A DNA stretch of 63,178 nucleotides, filler included, from Hausera hauseri (Eukaryota): NCBI GenBank assembly GCA_046269625.1. It is 12 parts of 12 records of this genome, joined end to end, with 100 filler letters (N's around TTAATTAATTAA, not from the genome) between each part and the next. Parts side by side here need not be neighbours in the genome. Positions count along the whole stretch, not along the records: positions 45,892 to 51,975 come from JBJURY010143314.1; positions 52,076 to 58,906 come from JBJURY010061218.1; positions 59,007 to 63,178 come from JBJURY010721768.1; 9 more parts are not named here. One strand, written 5' to 3'. Of this stretch, positions 50,575 through 63,178 are shown in pieces; position 1 is the first letter of the stretch; the number at the start of each line of letters is the position of its first letter. Below the pieces are notes generated by a model. That model was given only the letters and a program-made list of their open reading frames with translations. It was not told the origin of the DNA and ran no database searches. The translations under genes and the position numbers were made by a program.

Positions 50575-50960
50575 TTTGGTCTGCTATTTTGACAATTCCG
50601 ATTATCCGAAAGATCACTTCAATTATTCTGCTGCAAACAAGAAATACTGGGGAAATTTAAGGACGAGGTCAGTAATAAAATAATACGAAAATTTGTTGTA
50701 TTGAGGCCAAAAATGTACGCCTTTGATGTAGAAAGGTATATGAAAAGAGCAAATGACGTTCAGAGGGCAATAGTAGCCAAGAATGTCACATTTCATGACT
50801 GTGTCAACTGTTTAAGAAATCAAACGGTGATGCTTTCTTTGATGAAATCGATAGTCTAAAAACCATTTTGTGACTACGGATGACCAATGTAAAAAGTTTA
50901 AGCCCCTTCGATGATAAGAGATTGATATCACACGGTGGAATATGACAAAAGCTCATGACT
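50575..50960 (+). pseudogene. Third Polinton pPolB C-terminal fragment (different family)
   Basis: YFDNSDYPKDHFNYS.ANKK..GKFKDE..FVVLRPKMY..KSLSPFDDKR. Confidence 0.78.
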
Positions 50961-53784
50961 TCTGTGATTCTCATGACATTCATGATATTTGAACATTTTG
51001 TACAATATATTACTATTTTGTACTGATTTCTCATGAGACTTGTTATTTTACTTTTTTGAAAATTATTATCTTTAACGGAGTATTAATCATTGAACAATTC
51101 TGTACAGTTATTACACAAAATTTAAAAATTTTATACACACCAACAAAAGAATAAGATAGTAAAAAGAACAGAAAACCAATCACAAATATATAACTTTAAC
51201 AACGGCCATTAAATAAGACCCTCTATAGTGTTAATCTTCTTTTCAATAAAATTCATACGTACTTTCCAAACACTCCGATCATGGAAAATCAGTTAGAAAA
51301 ATAATCCCATGTCGATTTACATTTAACATCGGACAGCAGTGCCAGTTAAGATGACTCAATGGAAAATGTCGTCACTAACCTAAACGAAGGGTCATACCTA
51401 CTCAGAAGGATCTAATTGAAGTTTCACCAATTCAGTTAACAAGTAGCCTACCAAAATTTACTTTCAAAAACCCTCTACAAATTGCACTATTACGAGGAAT
51501 CCTGAGAGCCACTAAACTTGTAAAGAATTGAACCAATCACCACCAATTACGGAAATAAGACGCAAGTCATTCTCTCCTGAAGACCTTCCACAAAACAAAC
51601 GGACAATGTTACAGGAACAATTAGAAAATAACTTAAAGAAAACCGAACAATGCCGAATTGAAAATAGATTGTGGAATGATCTATATGAGAGGTTCATGAA
51701 GATCTATGAACCAAGAAGAAATCTCTTTCTTTCCAAATTCTATGTCCGGATAACAGAATTTGAGGAAAGATCTTCAGCCATCCTATACCCATAATGTCGC
51801 TATATTGACAACACACTAAAAATAATGACTATCAACTATCGGTCTTTCCTAATACTAAGAATAGAAAGCCATTTAATCAACATAGATCTCAACGCGATGC
51901 TGCATCTAAATCAACAGTTAGAGAAGTCTATAATGCATATATCTCGTGGAAAAATACTATTCAGAGCAAATATGGNNNNNNNNNNNNNNNNNNNNNNNNN
52001 NNNNNNNNNNNNNNNNNNNTTAATTAATTAANNNNNNNNNNNNNNNNNNNNNNNNNNNNNNNNNNNNNNNNNNNNCTGCAGTCTCAGACGTCGCCTAAAT
52101 CGGCTATAAACGTTTATCAACATTATTACACTAAATCAAATGGAAGAGTATACTGAAAGTGAAATTCAGAGATTGACCGATGACATTTGGCTGGACGTGT
52201 TTGATATACAGTTTTTGTGAGCTCACAGAAACGAGAATAATGAGCAGACAAGAGTATATTGAATTGATAGACAGATCGCTCTTCGCAAAACGTATCGAGG
52301 ATAAAATCAGACGAAAACAACAACAACGACAGCGGATTAATTTCCTCATTGAACTTGTATTTACTGCTTCAATTTGTATTGTAATGAAAAAGTTGGTTGA
52401 CCGTATTTAATCAAAAATATGTATTATTTTGATATTTTTGTTTTCGTGAATCAATATAATTTATTTGTTACATTTCAGTATAAATACATGCGCTTTTTTA
52501 CGGTATGACATTACGACATGTCCCATTTAACAGAACTCATTCGTTTATATCATTCGTTCGACGGTCTCCGGAGTCACCTTTACAATCTTGATTGACCTTT
52601 ACATGATGCACGATACTGTTCTCCCGAAGAGATACTCCGGCGTGCTGAGAAGAATTGGAGAGTACGAGAACCTTATCTACGACATATGAAGCATGTTTTT
52701 GGTGACATGGTCACGATATTTGGCCAGATTTTTCGCACCTATCGGAAATTGTTGGATGACAATTCACGTCAAATGCGATTTGTGGAAGATTTTGTCAAAG
52801 ATTGTGACTATCATCATCATCAGATTGGTGATTCCAACATTCCAACATGGCAGTCAGCGGATCAAATTTGTTTCAAGCAACATTGCATTGTAACTAATTC
52901 CGACGGATTCATTCATACTCCTGCTGAATTGGTTAATGTGTGTGGTTTGTGTGGTGGTGGTGGTGGCAATCCGACTTTATCATTATTGGAGACTCGGCTT
53001 TAGTTTAAAATGGACTTGATTGTCCTTCTGTAATTCAAACAACAGACTAAAGATGTAGTCATTTGGTTAATTTAATTAACAACAACAACAACACAAAAGT
53101 GACCATGGGTAAAGTCGACTCAACTCATTGAGGTGAGTCCAAATTTGCAGGTGGCCGAAACTAGGTCAGCCTATAATTTTTACCGACCCAACTCACTGTG
53201 GCAATGTCACTACCATCTAAGATGTCCTAGTAGCAACGGCCAAGGTTCGAGACATAAAATGTGCCTGTAGGTGATGATTAATGACTAGTATATAGTATTA
53301 ACATAAGATGGGTGAATGATCATAATCAGAATTTTATCAATTATTTGGTGATGGAAATGTAGAAAAAAATGCTTTAATTAAGTAAAAAAATTTTATTCTA
53401 CAAATTATGTTGAAAACTTAATGCGTTAAATTTGAATTTTCAAAGTTTTTATATCGTATTATGGGGTTTTTGAAAGAAACCCTAGCTTCCATAAAATTTG
53501 TCATTATTTTGCGTAAATTAGGTTGGTCCCTAATCATGATCTATAAATTTGTCATTCATCAATCAAGTTATATTCTTCACATAAAATGTTTTCGATTATT
53601 TTAGTCAATACTAAAATTTGTGAGTTTCTTAGCAAAACGATATTTTTGTTTTCCAAACGAAATCAGATGTTTGACGCAAGTAATTTAGAAGGTAAAATGT
53701 AAAACCTGATCAAACACTTACATAGCATTACCAACAATCATGGCTAAGGAAGTTGTTAAATGCTAAATTCAAAATTTTCTCACC

Positions 53785-54613
53785 TGTAATACAAGATAAA
53801 AACAAAAGCTGGAGCAACCGGAATTAAAGCAAGAATTCTCCAACTTCGAACGACATAATAAATTAACGGTATAAAAATAAATGCGGATGAATAGAACAAC
53901 TGCATTATGTTTAATGCCAAGTTTCTTTTGGATTTTCCAACCATTTCAATTCCTAAAATAAACACAGTCGAAACATATCCGACTTGTGCAAAACCCTGTA
54001 GAAGTAAAAGAAGTCCAATTAATGCAGGATGAAAAGAAACAGCTAGTCCAACGCCGCATATAATGTTAAATATAACAAGTGATAAATGTTGGTAGCCGTC
54101 CGACTGCATCAGAAAGCGTTCAAAATATTATTGCTCCAAACATTCTGCCCACGAAAAATATAGATATCAAAATAGTGACTATATATTCATTTTGGCAAAC
54201 CAAATTTAGCTCGGTCAGAATCGTATTTCCAAACACCTGCTTACTGAATAAATAAATTGTCGCACTAATCTGATGAAGACATGTTTAATTGCAACAGAAA
54301 AATTTGACAAAATGTCATCCAATAAGGCAGAATTATTCCATTGATAGCATCGTGATTCTTTGTAGTTCTCAGCAGATTTTAAAGCATTTATGACCTTTTC
54401 TGTTATGTCCAATTCATTGGTGTTAAGCTTATCCATTAACGAATTCATTGTCTCATTATTGGGTCGACATATGAAATCTGGAACGGCCATCAGAAAGACA
54501 ATATCTACCGATAGATAGCCAGCAACTAGAAATGGCCAACATAGTAGAAAAAACTGTAAAATTTGTCCCGTTCCAAATTCACTGATGACATTGAAAACTT
54601 CCTCCAAATCCAT
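53785..54613 (-). pseudogene. SLC22 organic cation transporter (MFS), N-terminal exon, disrupted
   Basis: MDLEEVFNVISEFGTGQ..PDFICR; TILTELNLVC..SIFFVGRMFGA..LSDAVGR; FILGIEMVGKSKR; VRSWRIL; ends at the splice-donor-like AG|GTGAG. Confidence 0.82.
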
Positions 54614-57600
54614 ACTGAAAATAACAAAACATAAATTAAAACGATGTGAGCGTACTGTTCTGCACTACTACAATTGTCTGCGTCAGTACACAAATGTACG
54701 CATATATATACTACATAGACAGTCTAAAACTGATACGTTGTTGATGTTTATGAATCACTCAACACAATCAACGGAACGATTCTTCACAGTAGCCTTAAAA
54801 GTATTTTAAAATTTAGTTAACGTTATGTAGCAATAAACAAATAATGATTGCCATGTCTCCCGAAATTTCGACGAAAATTATTGATCGACAGATTCCAGCA
54901 ACTTTTAAACTTGTTTATTTTGTATCGAAACGTATTTCAATGTGTTAACACCTAACCTATAATACAAAAGACGGGATGAAAGCAAAATAAAACATTTCAG
55001 AAAAATCATTTTCAGTAAACCTAACGAAAATGCTATTATTGTAGATTACAGAAATTTATCGTGCTACGTAACATTTTTTATGACGATATTGTGGGTAACG
55101 TGGAACTAAAGCTAGTTTCCTGTCGGAGTTGTCGCGCTATGTTTGATGCATCCGATGTCTTAGGAACATGTCTTAAATCAGTTATTTTCCGCATTATTTT
55201 AGATTCCTTTTTCCAGTCTTGTTTGATATATTTATTAGAGTCAAAAGCATTGTAAATTGGTGGATCGATCATATTCGAAAATATTAGAATCATATACCTT
55301 TTTAGCCTCTGTTTAGGTATAAAATGCAAAACAAATCTTTGAAGCCCATTGACACAACATTTACATTGAATTTGTAACTTTCCATCAACATATTTGCCAA
55401 ATTGCAAGCAGCCGTATGTACTGCTGCGACATTCTGTGGCGTACCATTGGGGGTCTATTGGGCGTTAAAACCTCCAATAGAATCTGATTTTAAAATTTTT
55501 TACCATGGGACAATTTATCTTTGCATAATTTATTTAAATTTTAGAGATATTTAAAATTTCTTTACTGTTCGTAAAAAATTGAAGTTGGAAAAATTGATAT
55601 TTACCACATTTTTCATGTTATGAACCACGTATGCAAGGCGTACATGGTACATGAGTTAAATATAGTGGAAACATTTATGCAAGAAGTATCTCCTATTATT
55701 CAATAACACAGACATAAAATGTATAGAATTCTTTCCTTTGGGAAAATTCTGGGCACGCCACTGATGACATTTCAATCCCGGTGACAATTATAAACAAATC
55801 CCTATGACAAGAATAAGACAAAAAATTATTCACAAACTACTAGTGCAATTATCAGTTTGTCAAGGTCATAATTAAGTTTAATGTTTTTGTTTATAGTGAC
55901 GTTTTATTAATTGGATAAATTTGTGAGTGTCTAAAATTTTATATATGCATACTTTATGGGGGGATATTGGAGGAGTATCGAAATTAGAGAGCAAATTGCG
56001 TTGACAGATTTTACACATATGATTGGAATACATTCACGGAAGAGAATTTTATTATCAAATCAGATGTTTTATCAATAAATGTGTACAATAATAGAAATGT
56101 TAACAAATTTTCATTTTTAATGTGAAATAAAACGTTTATCTCAAAATTTGCGCTATAAAAATACACTTCACAGTGTTTTTGTCCATCTTTTAAAGGGAAA
56201 ATTCCTAAATTAAAAAGACCCTTGTTACTTATAATAGCCGAGTGTCCTATTTTTTGTGCAGGAAACGGTAATTTTTTTTGAACACGGTAAAGAAATACCC
56301 ATATTACATTTTTTATAAGTTTCGCAATATTTGGATGGGTAACATTATTAAATAATTGATCTATCGAGTAAATATTTTTGTACATTATGGTTGCTATGGT
56401 AACGAGATACGCATAGCAATATTTGATTAGAAGTGTCAAGTCGCAATCAGTGTCGCAATCAGAGTCGCAATCACCAAGCCACGAATGAACATACCGGTTC
56501 AAATAACATTCGTGCCAATTGTGTGTAACATTGATCCAAAATAACATTTAATTAAATTCGTGCAAATTATGTGTAACATTGATCCAAATTAAATCGTATG
56601 ACATTACGATAAATTTAATCTTATTTAGTCTACCATTGTGTGATTTTTCTTAATTTTATTTGTATTTTTCTGTTATTGGAATTTTGTTTTCATTTTTATC
56701 TTGAATTACCTATTCTGGAAAAAGACATATATATAGTGGAGTTTTCTTATGAAACAGAGTGATCGTTTTTAGTATGCACATGTTTAATTCGCGTAAGTGT
56801 TTTTATTGCAATTCTTAATTTGTTTATTTATCATTTTGATCTTTACAATTTTATTTTCATACAATATATTTGTATTCATATTTGTTCATTCTTTCATTAA
56901 ACACTTAAATAATCCGTAAATAAATATAGTATTGTAGTAGGAAAAATAACAAACTCGGGATCTTACATTATTTTCTTACCGGACAGTAAAATCCGGTAAT
57001 TTAAAATCATATAAATAAGGGGGAGTGACGTCGGTTAGCCCCTGACGAAGCTCACACCATAAGTATAAGTAAATAAAATAAAAGGAAAGCAACCCACAGG
57101 TTGTTATAGACTGATCAAATAAAAAAAGTGATCCGGAGGAAGGAGAAACTCCAGATCAGAGTGAGTAAAGCATAAGTTTACGATTATAAAATCAATCTTT
57201 TTATATCAATTAACTTATCAATTATTATGGGCAATGTTGAATGCAATTTTAAAGGAGTAAAATTTTAGGAAATGTCAATACATAAGATAATCATCGAATA
57301 ATTAATTTCTTCATTTAGAGAAAATTATAGTTTAAAGAAGGTTGGGTTTATAGAAAGTAAGTGATAATGGTTGAACCGTATGAATTATGGTTTGAGCAAA
57401 TTGATTCTACGTATTGAGAAAATAAAAGATTTGGTTCGTTTGTTATAATTTATTTCTTACAGCCCCTCTCCTTAATGGATCGTTGAATTGATCGCTGATA
57501 ACTTTAGTCCGATGAATTTGTTCCATACATTTTAATAAGCACCGATTTAGATTGTTAAGATCGGCTATACCAGGTAATGGGAATATGATTTATGCACCTG

Positions 57601-60499
57601 TACAACATTCAAGAGTAATATTATTGTGTAAAAGTTTGATCAATAATAACCCCTTTTAATTTATTGAATGTCTATCCAATCCCTTTTAAGGTATTTAGGA
57701 AAATAAATATTTTGCTTTCCAATAGTATTAGTATGGTCCAGGATTCATTCGACAAAAAGATAATAGGAAGGAACGATTGATAAATTATGTGAAATGAAGT
57801 ATACATAATTGGGTCAGAAATGAACTTAAGGAAAAGCATATGGAAATGATATCGACGTACCAGAAGAGCGGAGATTTATTTGAGGATTAAACAAGAGTTA
57901 ATTGCGACAAATTTTCTTATTCTAGAGTGCATTATAACGAGGAAATTCTAATTATATTGATATAGGACAAACATTAGTGTTATTTAGATGGTCAGACAAT
58001 TTATATATGTTAATTGCAAGCGATCGTTATCAAGGTGGTATCTTTGATCATAACGCTATTGAAATTGGCAGGGTATGATTAGTTGATTGGAGGATTAGAT
58101 ACTGGGATGATATATTATTAGGCGCCGGGTACATGTAACCACACCGCCGTACGAACTTACCTTCAGCGATTTTTCAATAAAAGTGTTTAGGTATTATTCA
58201 CTCTCGATTTGTGGAATAGAGAAAAGATGTAGGTATACATACACAATTGCTAACATAATACTTAAACAATGGCTGAAAAAATGGCCAAAATTTTTTCTGC
58301 ATGGTATGGAGTAAATTGAAAAAATTCAAAATGATGTAACACTTATTTATTTATTTAAAATATTAGAAAGTTGTTATAAATGCGCAGCATTGCAATTTTA
58401 GGGATATTTTTGTGATATCATCTTGGGGAACCAGGTATGCAATCAGTGCATATGATTATGTAATAAAATTAAGTTTCCCAAATGAACTACCAAACCATGC
58501 ATTATCATAATTTACAAAAATAATATCATATACAATACGCATTTCAATCATATCATAAGACAGCAATTACGCTGACAAGTAAAAGGTCATGAGAACAGAA
58601 GGCCACAGCAACGTTAGGTAATAATCACGAACTCATTACCTGATGTTAACGCGTAGGCACAATTAGTCAATAATTGTTGTCATACAGCTCTTGTAAATAA
58701 GTTTTAGCAACAGAACGTCTTGTCTATCGATTGACGTTGTTCGAAAACAACAAAGAAACCGCATTAGCCATAGATGAAAGTTGAAAAGTTAAAAATATGT
58801 TAACAAATTGTCAATATAAAATATTTTTGAATTATCTGCTGATATTCTCGTGCACACAAAATAATGCCGAATTCGTGTTTGGAATAATTAACGCATGCAG
58901 ATTAAGNNNNNNNNNNNNNNNNNNNNNNNNNNNNNNNNNNNNNNNNNNNNTTAATTAATTAANNNNNNNNNNNNNNNNNNNNNNNNNNNNNNNNNNNNNN
59001 NNNNNNTCGAAAACTTCACTAACATGGTTTAAGCAACTTTCATTCATTTTAATGTTTGGTTCACCATTCGTAGGTGTGTTCTTAATTTGACAAAAATCAT
59101 GCATGTCTGCGGCACTCGATTGTGTATGTCTGCATGCAAATATATCCGTATCAGCATGTGCTTGCGTGTGTTTCTATGTAAATGTATGCAGTCTATGACA
59201 TTTAATTGCATAACTGGATTTCGATTATTATTATTAAGCGGTTTATATATTTAAATGTCAGTTTTACAACAACGTCCTCAACCGAAGACTAGAAGTATTT
59301 AAATTAGGTTTTGTAAATGATCGTTATTGGTAAAAATAATTGGTAGGACGTCCACGGAAAGATCGTGACGAACAAATTGCGATGGCAGAGTAAATGATTT
59401 TGGCAAATCAATGGCTTTATATATGTTCATTTTTATTTAAGAAATCCAGCAGGGGATGGACGCAGCGATGAACAAATTGTTTGTTTTTCTGTTTTCATTA
59501 ATTGCATTTTGATGCGAGTGTGTAAAATTAAAGTTGGAAGACCTTCGACAGTCCATTGAAAAATCCGATAAAGCCAATACGATTGAAAATAATTTATACA
59601 ATCCGGTGATACCGGATAAAATGGAACGTCGACCGAGACGACATCATAGAAAAGTCAGATTAGTTTGTTGTGCAATAAATTTACGAAGAGAGAATTGATG
59701 CAGATGTCAATGGAGGGTGGTCAAAGCAACCCGACATTTGAGGATGAAATGAAATCGACTGTTGCCGGGGATTTGCAACATCAGTCCCGGCCGAAGGGGA
59801 TTGAATTAGGGTAATAATTAGTTTTGGTCGATATTGTTTTGCGACAATTAATCCATTTGAAGTAAAATTAGGGACTGATTTGGACAGTTTCTTAAGTTGA
59901 GCATATCACAGCGTGAATGGGCTTGCTTGGTCATTGTTCTTATTTTGTACTTCGACAAGCTTTAGCCGAATTTCCTCGTTACAAATGGAAGACTTGGCGG
60001 CCTACATGACACGATTTTGATGTCTCTGGAGACCACAATAATTTCTGTATCATTATAGTCATCTTATATAAGTTGTTCAATGGAAATGAGTATTCTGACA
60101 CTTTCAGTTTCCTCTGTCAAATAGATGTTGACAAAAATCGGACAGAAATGCATCGGCAATCAATTGTTTTTGATTTTATTCTCTATGTGTTGCTCGATGG
60201 AATTTGAACGTTGTTTGAGAAATCTTAACTGATGTCCATTCATAATGGCTTGACAATTAATGCCTATGAAACACAAAGGAGAAGCAAGGCATCCGATTTT
60301 TTATCATCCTGACAGAGATTCACTGGCATCCGGGGGTAGGATCTGATTGAAAAGCTTAACTTCCATTTCCTGTTGATCTCGATTGATAACTAACTAAGAA
60401 AAAATTGAATTTGAAAAAAGATTTGTATTCATCTATTTTGGAATTATTACATTTTAATTTTCAAATCAGCTAATTCCACCCCCCTTTTTTTCTATTCTG

Positions 60500-62345
60500 T
60501 ATTAAGGTCTGAAGAAGATAAACAACAAAAGAGGAGACGACGAAAAAAGCCGAAGCCAACCGAAATGGAAACAAGTGTAAATAAAGTTGTTAATTGTTTT
60601 CTTCTTCCAGAACTTTTCTGACTTCCATTATTTACCAATTGATATTCTCAAATTACACAGAATGAAAATCTTTCCACACAAAATCCGATTTCTGAACAGC
60701 CGGATGCCGTTGATACGCAGGAAACCGAAGGAAAACAACAGAAAAGACGAAGAAAGCGCCATAAACAACGAAAGGCAGGTGAAGAAAACGAAAATATGGC
60801 CGGTCCACAACATGACGAAAATGAACTCCGACAGATTCAGAATCCATTAGAAATAGAAGATTCGGAAAAAGTACTGAATACCGTCATTCATTGAACAAAT
60901 CGACTGAAGACCGATCTTAATGTTTTGAATCCTTTGATTCTGGTGTCGGCTATCGATATTACGACTGGACAATGTGTTGTTAATCAACATAGAGATCGAC
61001 GAGTAACATCGTGCAATGAACAAACAGATAAAATTGCAATTATTTTACCGGTGATGACACAGTCATATGAATACAAATTCCATAAATGAACAATTCCAAC
61101 TTGGGAAAAATCGATTGTTTTTAATGAAAACGCCAATTACTTGACGAAAAATTTCAATGTTGTAATTTTCTTTGAGCTACTGGACCTGAACAGTGAAAAT
61201 TCAATTACAAAAAATTATAACATGCTCCACAAGTCCAGTGGATTTTGTAACATAGCGTGGGCATTTCTTCGTCCAATGGCTGCGAATGGTACTCTTAATG
61301 TGGACAGGAAAGTTCGTTTGCAACTGTATGAATGCGGTCCAAGTCAGCCTATGCTTGATGAAAGTTCGCCGATTGTTTTTAATTGGTGGAGACGAGGTTT
61401 CAGACAAACGTATCCATCGACATGGTACGTTACACTTGCTTGTATCAAACTTAAGCCACAGGATCCATCGGAAGTAACATCTCGATCAATGTACCCTTAC
61501 CATGCAGAAGGAGCTCCAAATGGTTATTTGGAGCATACGTCGGCTTTGTCGTTCAGTAAACTGACAGGAATGTCGAAATTGAGTCAATGGAATCGGTTAC
61601 ACGGTCAAATGTGTCACCTTCCAAACAAGCAACCTTAATGCAGGTTCAATGGGGATAATGTTATATCATTTTCTCCCGATGGGAATTGGTTGGCATGTGG
61701 AACGATGAATACTTCCGATGATTTTCCAGTTTTATTGTATAACATTTTCGACGGCTTGCAATCACCAACGGAAACCTTGATCGGTCACAATAGAATTATT
61801 CATGCTATTTCGTGGTGTTCAAAAGGTGAATTGTTAGCATCTGTATCGGCTGATGGTACATGCCGACTATGGAGAATCAAAAGCAACTAATGGGTTTGTC
61901 TAAATCTAAGTCTGACAACAAAGAAGAATTGGATATTTCTGGTCAAGTACCATCAACAAGTAATGAAATCAAATCAGCTACCTCTGAAAAAGCAGAGAAG
62001 AAAGTTCTTTGTCATCCGTGTTTCGTCTACACCGTTAAGTTTCATCCTCAAACAAGTGACATTGTAGTGACTGCTGGTTGCGATAAAATTATTCAAATCT
62101 GGAATATCTCCGGTCAAAAGAAAGACATGGTACAACATTTGAATGTTCATAAGAGTTTCATAAATTGTTTAACCTTTTCATCCGATGGTCATATGCTGTT
62201 CAGTGCTGATTCTCAAGGTTATATTAATATTTTCAATAGTCCGGTTTCGGAACTCAATTCAACCGAACCATTTAAAGAAAAATGGACGTACAAAGAGCTG
62301 ATTGCCGAACCAGATTTACAAGGAATTATAATTAACTGTATTAAC
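60500..62345 (+). pseudogene. AHI1: Jouberin (AHI1) homologue: C2-like domain and WD40 repeats; disrupted and truncated
   Basis: ILPVMTQSY; PTWEKSIVFNEN; VIFFELLD; IAWAFLR..ANG..VRLQLY; WW..YPST.YVTL; W.RL.GQMC.LPNK; GHNRIIHAISW..SADGTCRLW; HPCFVYTVKFHP. Confidence 0.88.
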
Positions 62346-62419
62346 ATTTCATATATAATATTAAGAAGAATGATATTATTATCGATAAATGGATTAATTG
62401 AAATTGAAATTGTATAATT

Positions 62420-63178
62420 ATGTATATCCAAAAAGTCCTAGTAAGGACAAAATCAAAAACATCAAATTTTGATAAAAATAGGCAGAATTTCATGGAAATA
62501 AAGATATCAATAGATACAGGCAAATTTGAGGGCCATGCCTCTGGCTTCTCACCAAAAAATATACAGAATTCAGGCCAGGAGAAGCCTCAGAAATATAGAC
62601 GATTCAAAATGTCCCAATCGTCTTATTTACAGAAACAAATACAACATATTGAGATGGAATTTTTGGAATTTAAAACATTAGACATAGCATCTGTGTTTAT
62701 ATCTCAGCAAATTTCTGAAAGTAAATCACGATTTGATGATGGGAAAATATGGGAAAAAAGTATATCAGATCTCGAAGGTGTTGATCAGATAAATTTAAAA
62801 ACCGTTCCAAAACTCGTTCGTCGAGATGTGTATGCTTTATTTGGAGATCTCAATTCTTTAGATGATTGTGATTTAAATGAAATTGGAGCTAAATTAAAAA
62901 ACACTCAAAGTTCAAATTTAATACAGAAATGGAGATCCACTAATGCTCTTACGTTTGATGTTAGAAGCAAAAATCTATCGAATACGAACTACCTTGATTT
63001 ATTACCCAGGACCGAGTTTCACTTGATCATTCCAGGAACGTGGAAGGTATTTGTGTGTTGTGTAAATAGCATCGTTATTAGTTATTGTTCCTTCTTTAGT
63101 CTGATGGACCCTGCCAGGGTTTGTATGATGCGTTTGTGTGAATGCATGCTTGATAAAATCAGAATGCATGTTCGGAAA
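62420..63178 (+). CDS. Unidentified ORF, 253 codons, open to window end (missing from the ORF track)
   Basis: ATG at 62420 (MYIQKVLVRTK...) with no stop before 63178; a possible GT..AG intron after PGTWK. Confidence 0.45.
   Translation, partial: MYIQKVLVRTKSKTSNFDKNRQNFMEIKISIDTGKFEGHASGFSPKNIQNSGQEKPQKYRRFKMSQSSYLQKQIQHIEMEFLEFKTLDIASVFISQQISESKSRFDDGKIWEKSISDLEGVDQINLKTVPKLVRRDVYALFGDLNSLDDCDLNEIGAKLKNTQSSNLIQKWRSTNALTFDVRSKNLSNTNYLDLLPRTEFHLIIPGTWKVFVCCVNSIVISYCSFFSLMDPARVCMMRLCECMLDKIRMHVRK

Noticed and set aside
53764-53784. 21-nt GT..AG micro-intron after the SLC22 exon
   Set aside because: The downstream sequence does not give the expected PESPRWL continuation
55000-58906. Scattered ORFs, possible decayed retroelement
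   Set aside because: No convincing motifs; AT-rich non-coding-like sequence

Overview
This window is not one locus. It holds 12 unrelated eukaryotic contigs (about 4-7 kb each) joined by an artificial 100-bp linker (44 N + TTAATTAATTAA + 44 N). Most contigs are AT-rich invertebrate DNA; the BRG1 sequence looks flatworm-like by my recall. One contig (33307-40224) is teleost-fish repeat DNA, probably host contamination. Contents: two decayed Ty3/Gypsy LTR retrotransposons; a decayed BEL/Pao element whose Gag carries tandem CCCH zinc fingers; several Polinton/Maverick (adintovirus-like) pieces (three pPolB copies; an integrase-chromodomain, two minor capsid genes, core/membrane peptides, a major capsid gene, and an ATPase fragment); and disrupted, mostly intronless, often abruptly truncated or fused host genes (SMARCA2/4, FMNL formin, TDRD12-like, PP2A-A, HMGB, SLC22, AHI1). 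The most striking item is contig 2 (5735-10076). The ORF-track fragments there collapse into one decayed ~1440-codon minus-strand frame, running: two degenerate ISG20/REX4-like exonuclease-fold repeats, a ubiquitin/SUMO-like domain, an AT-hook/NLS-like linker, a Bcl-2-like domain, a hydrophobic signal, then a class III (gB/chuvirus-type) fusion glycoprotein. This looks like an envelope polyprotein loaded with host-mimic domains. All family assignments come from motif recognition, not database searches.
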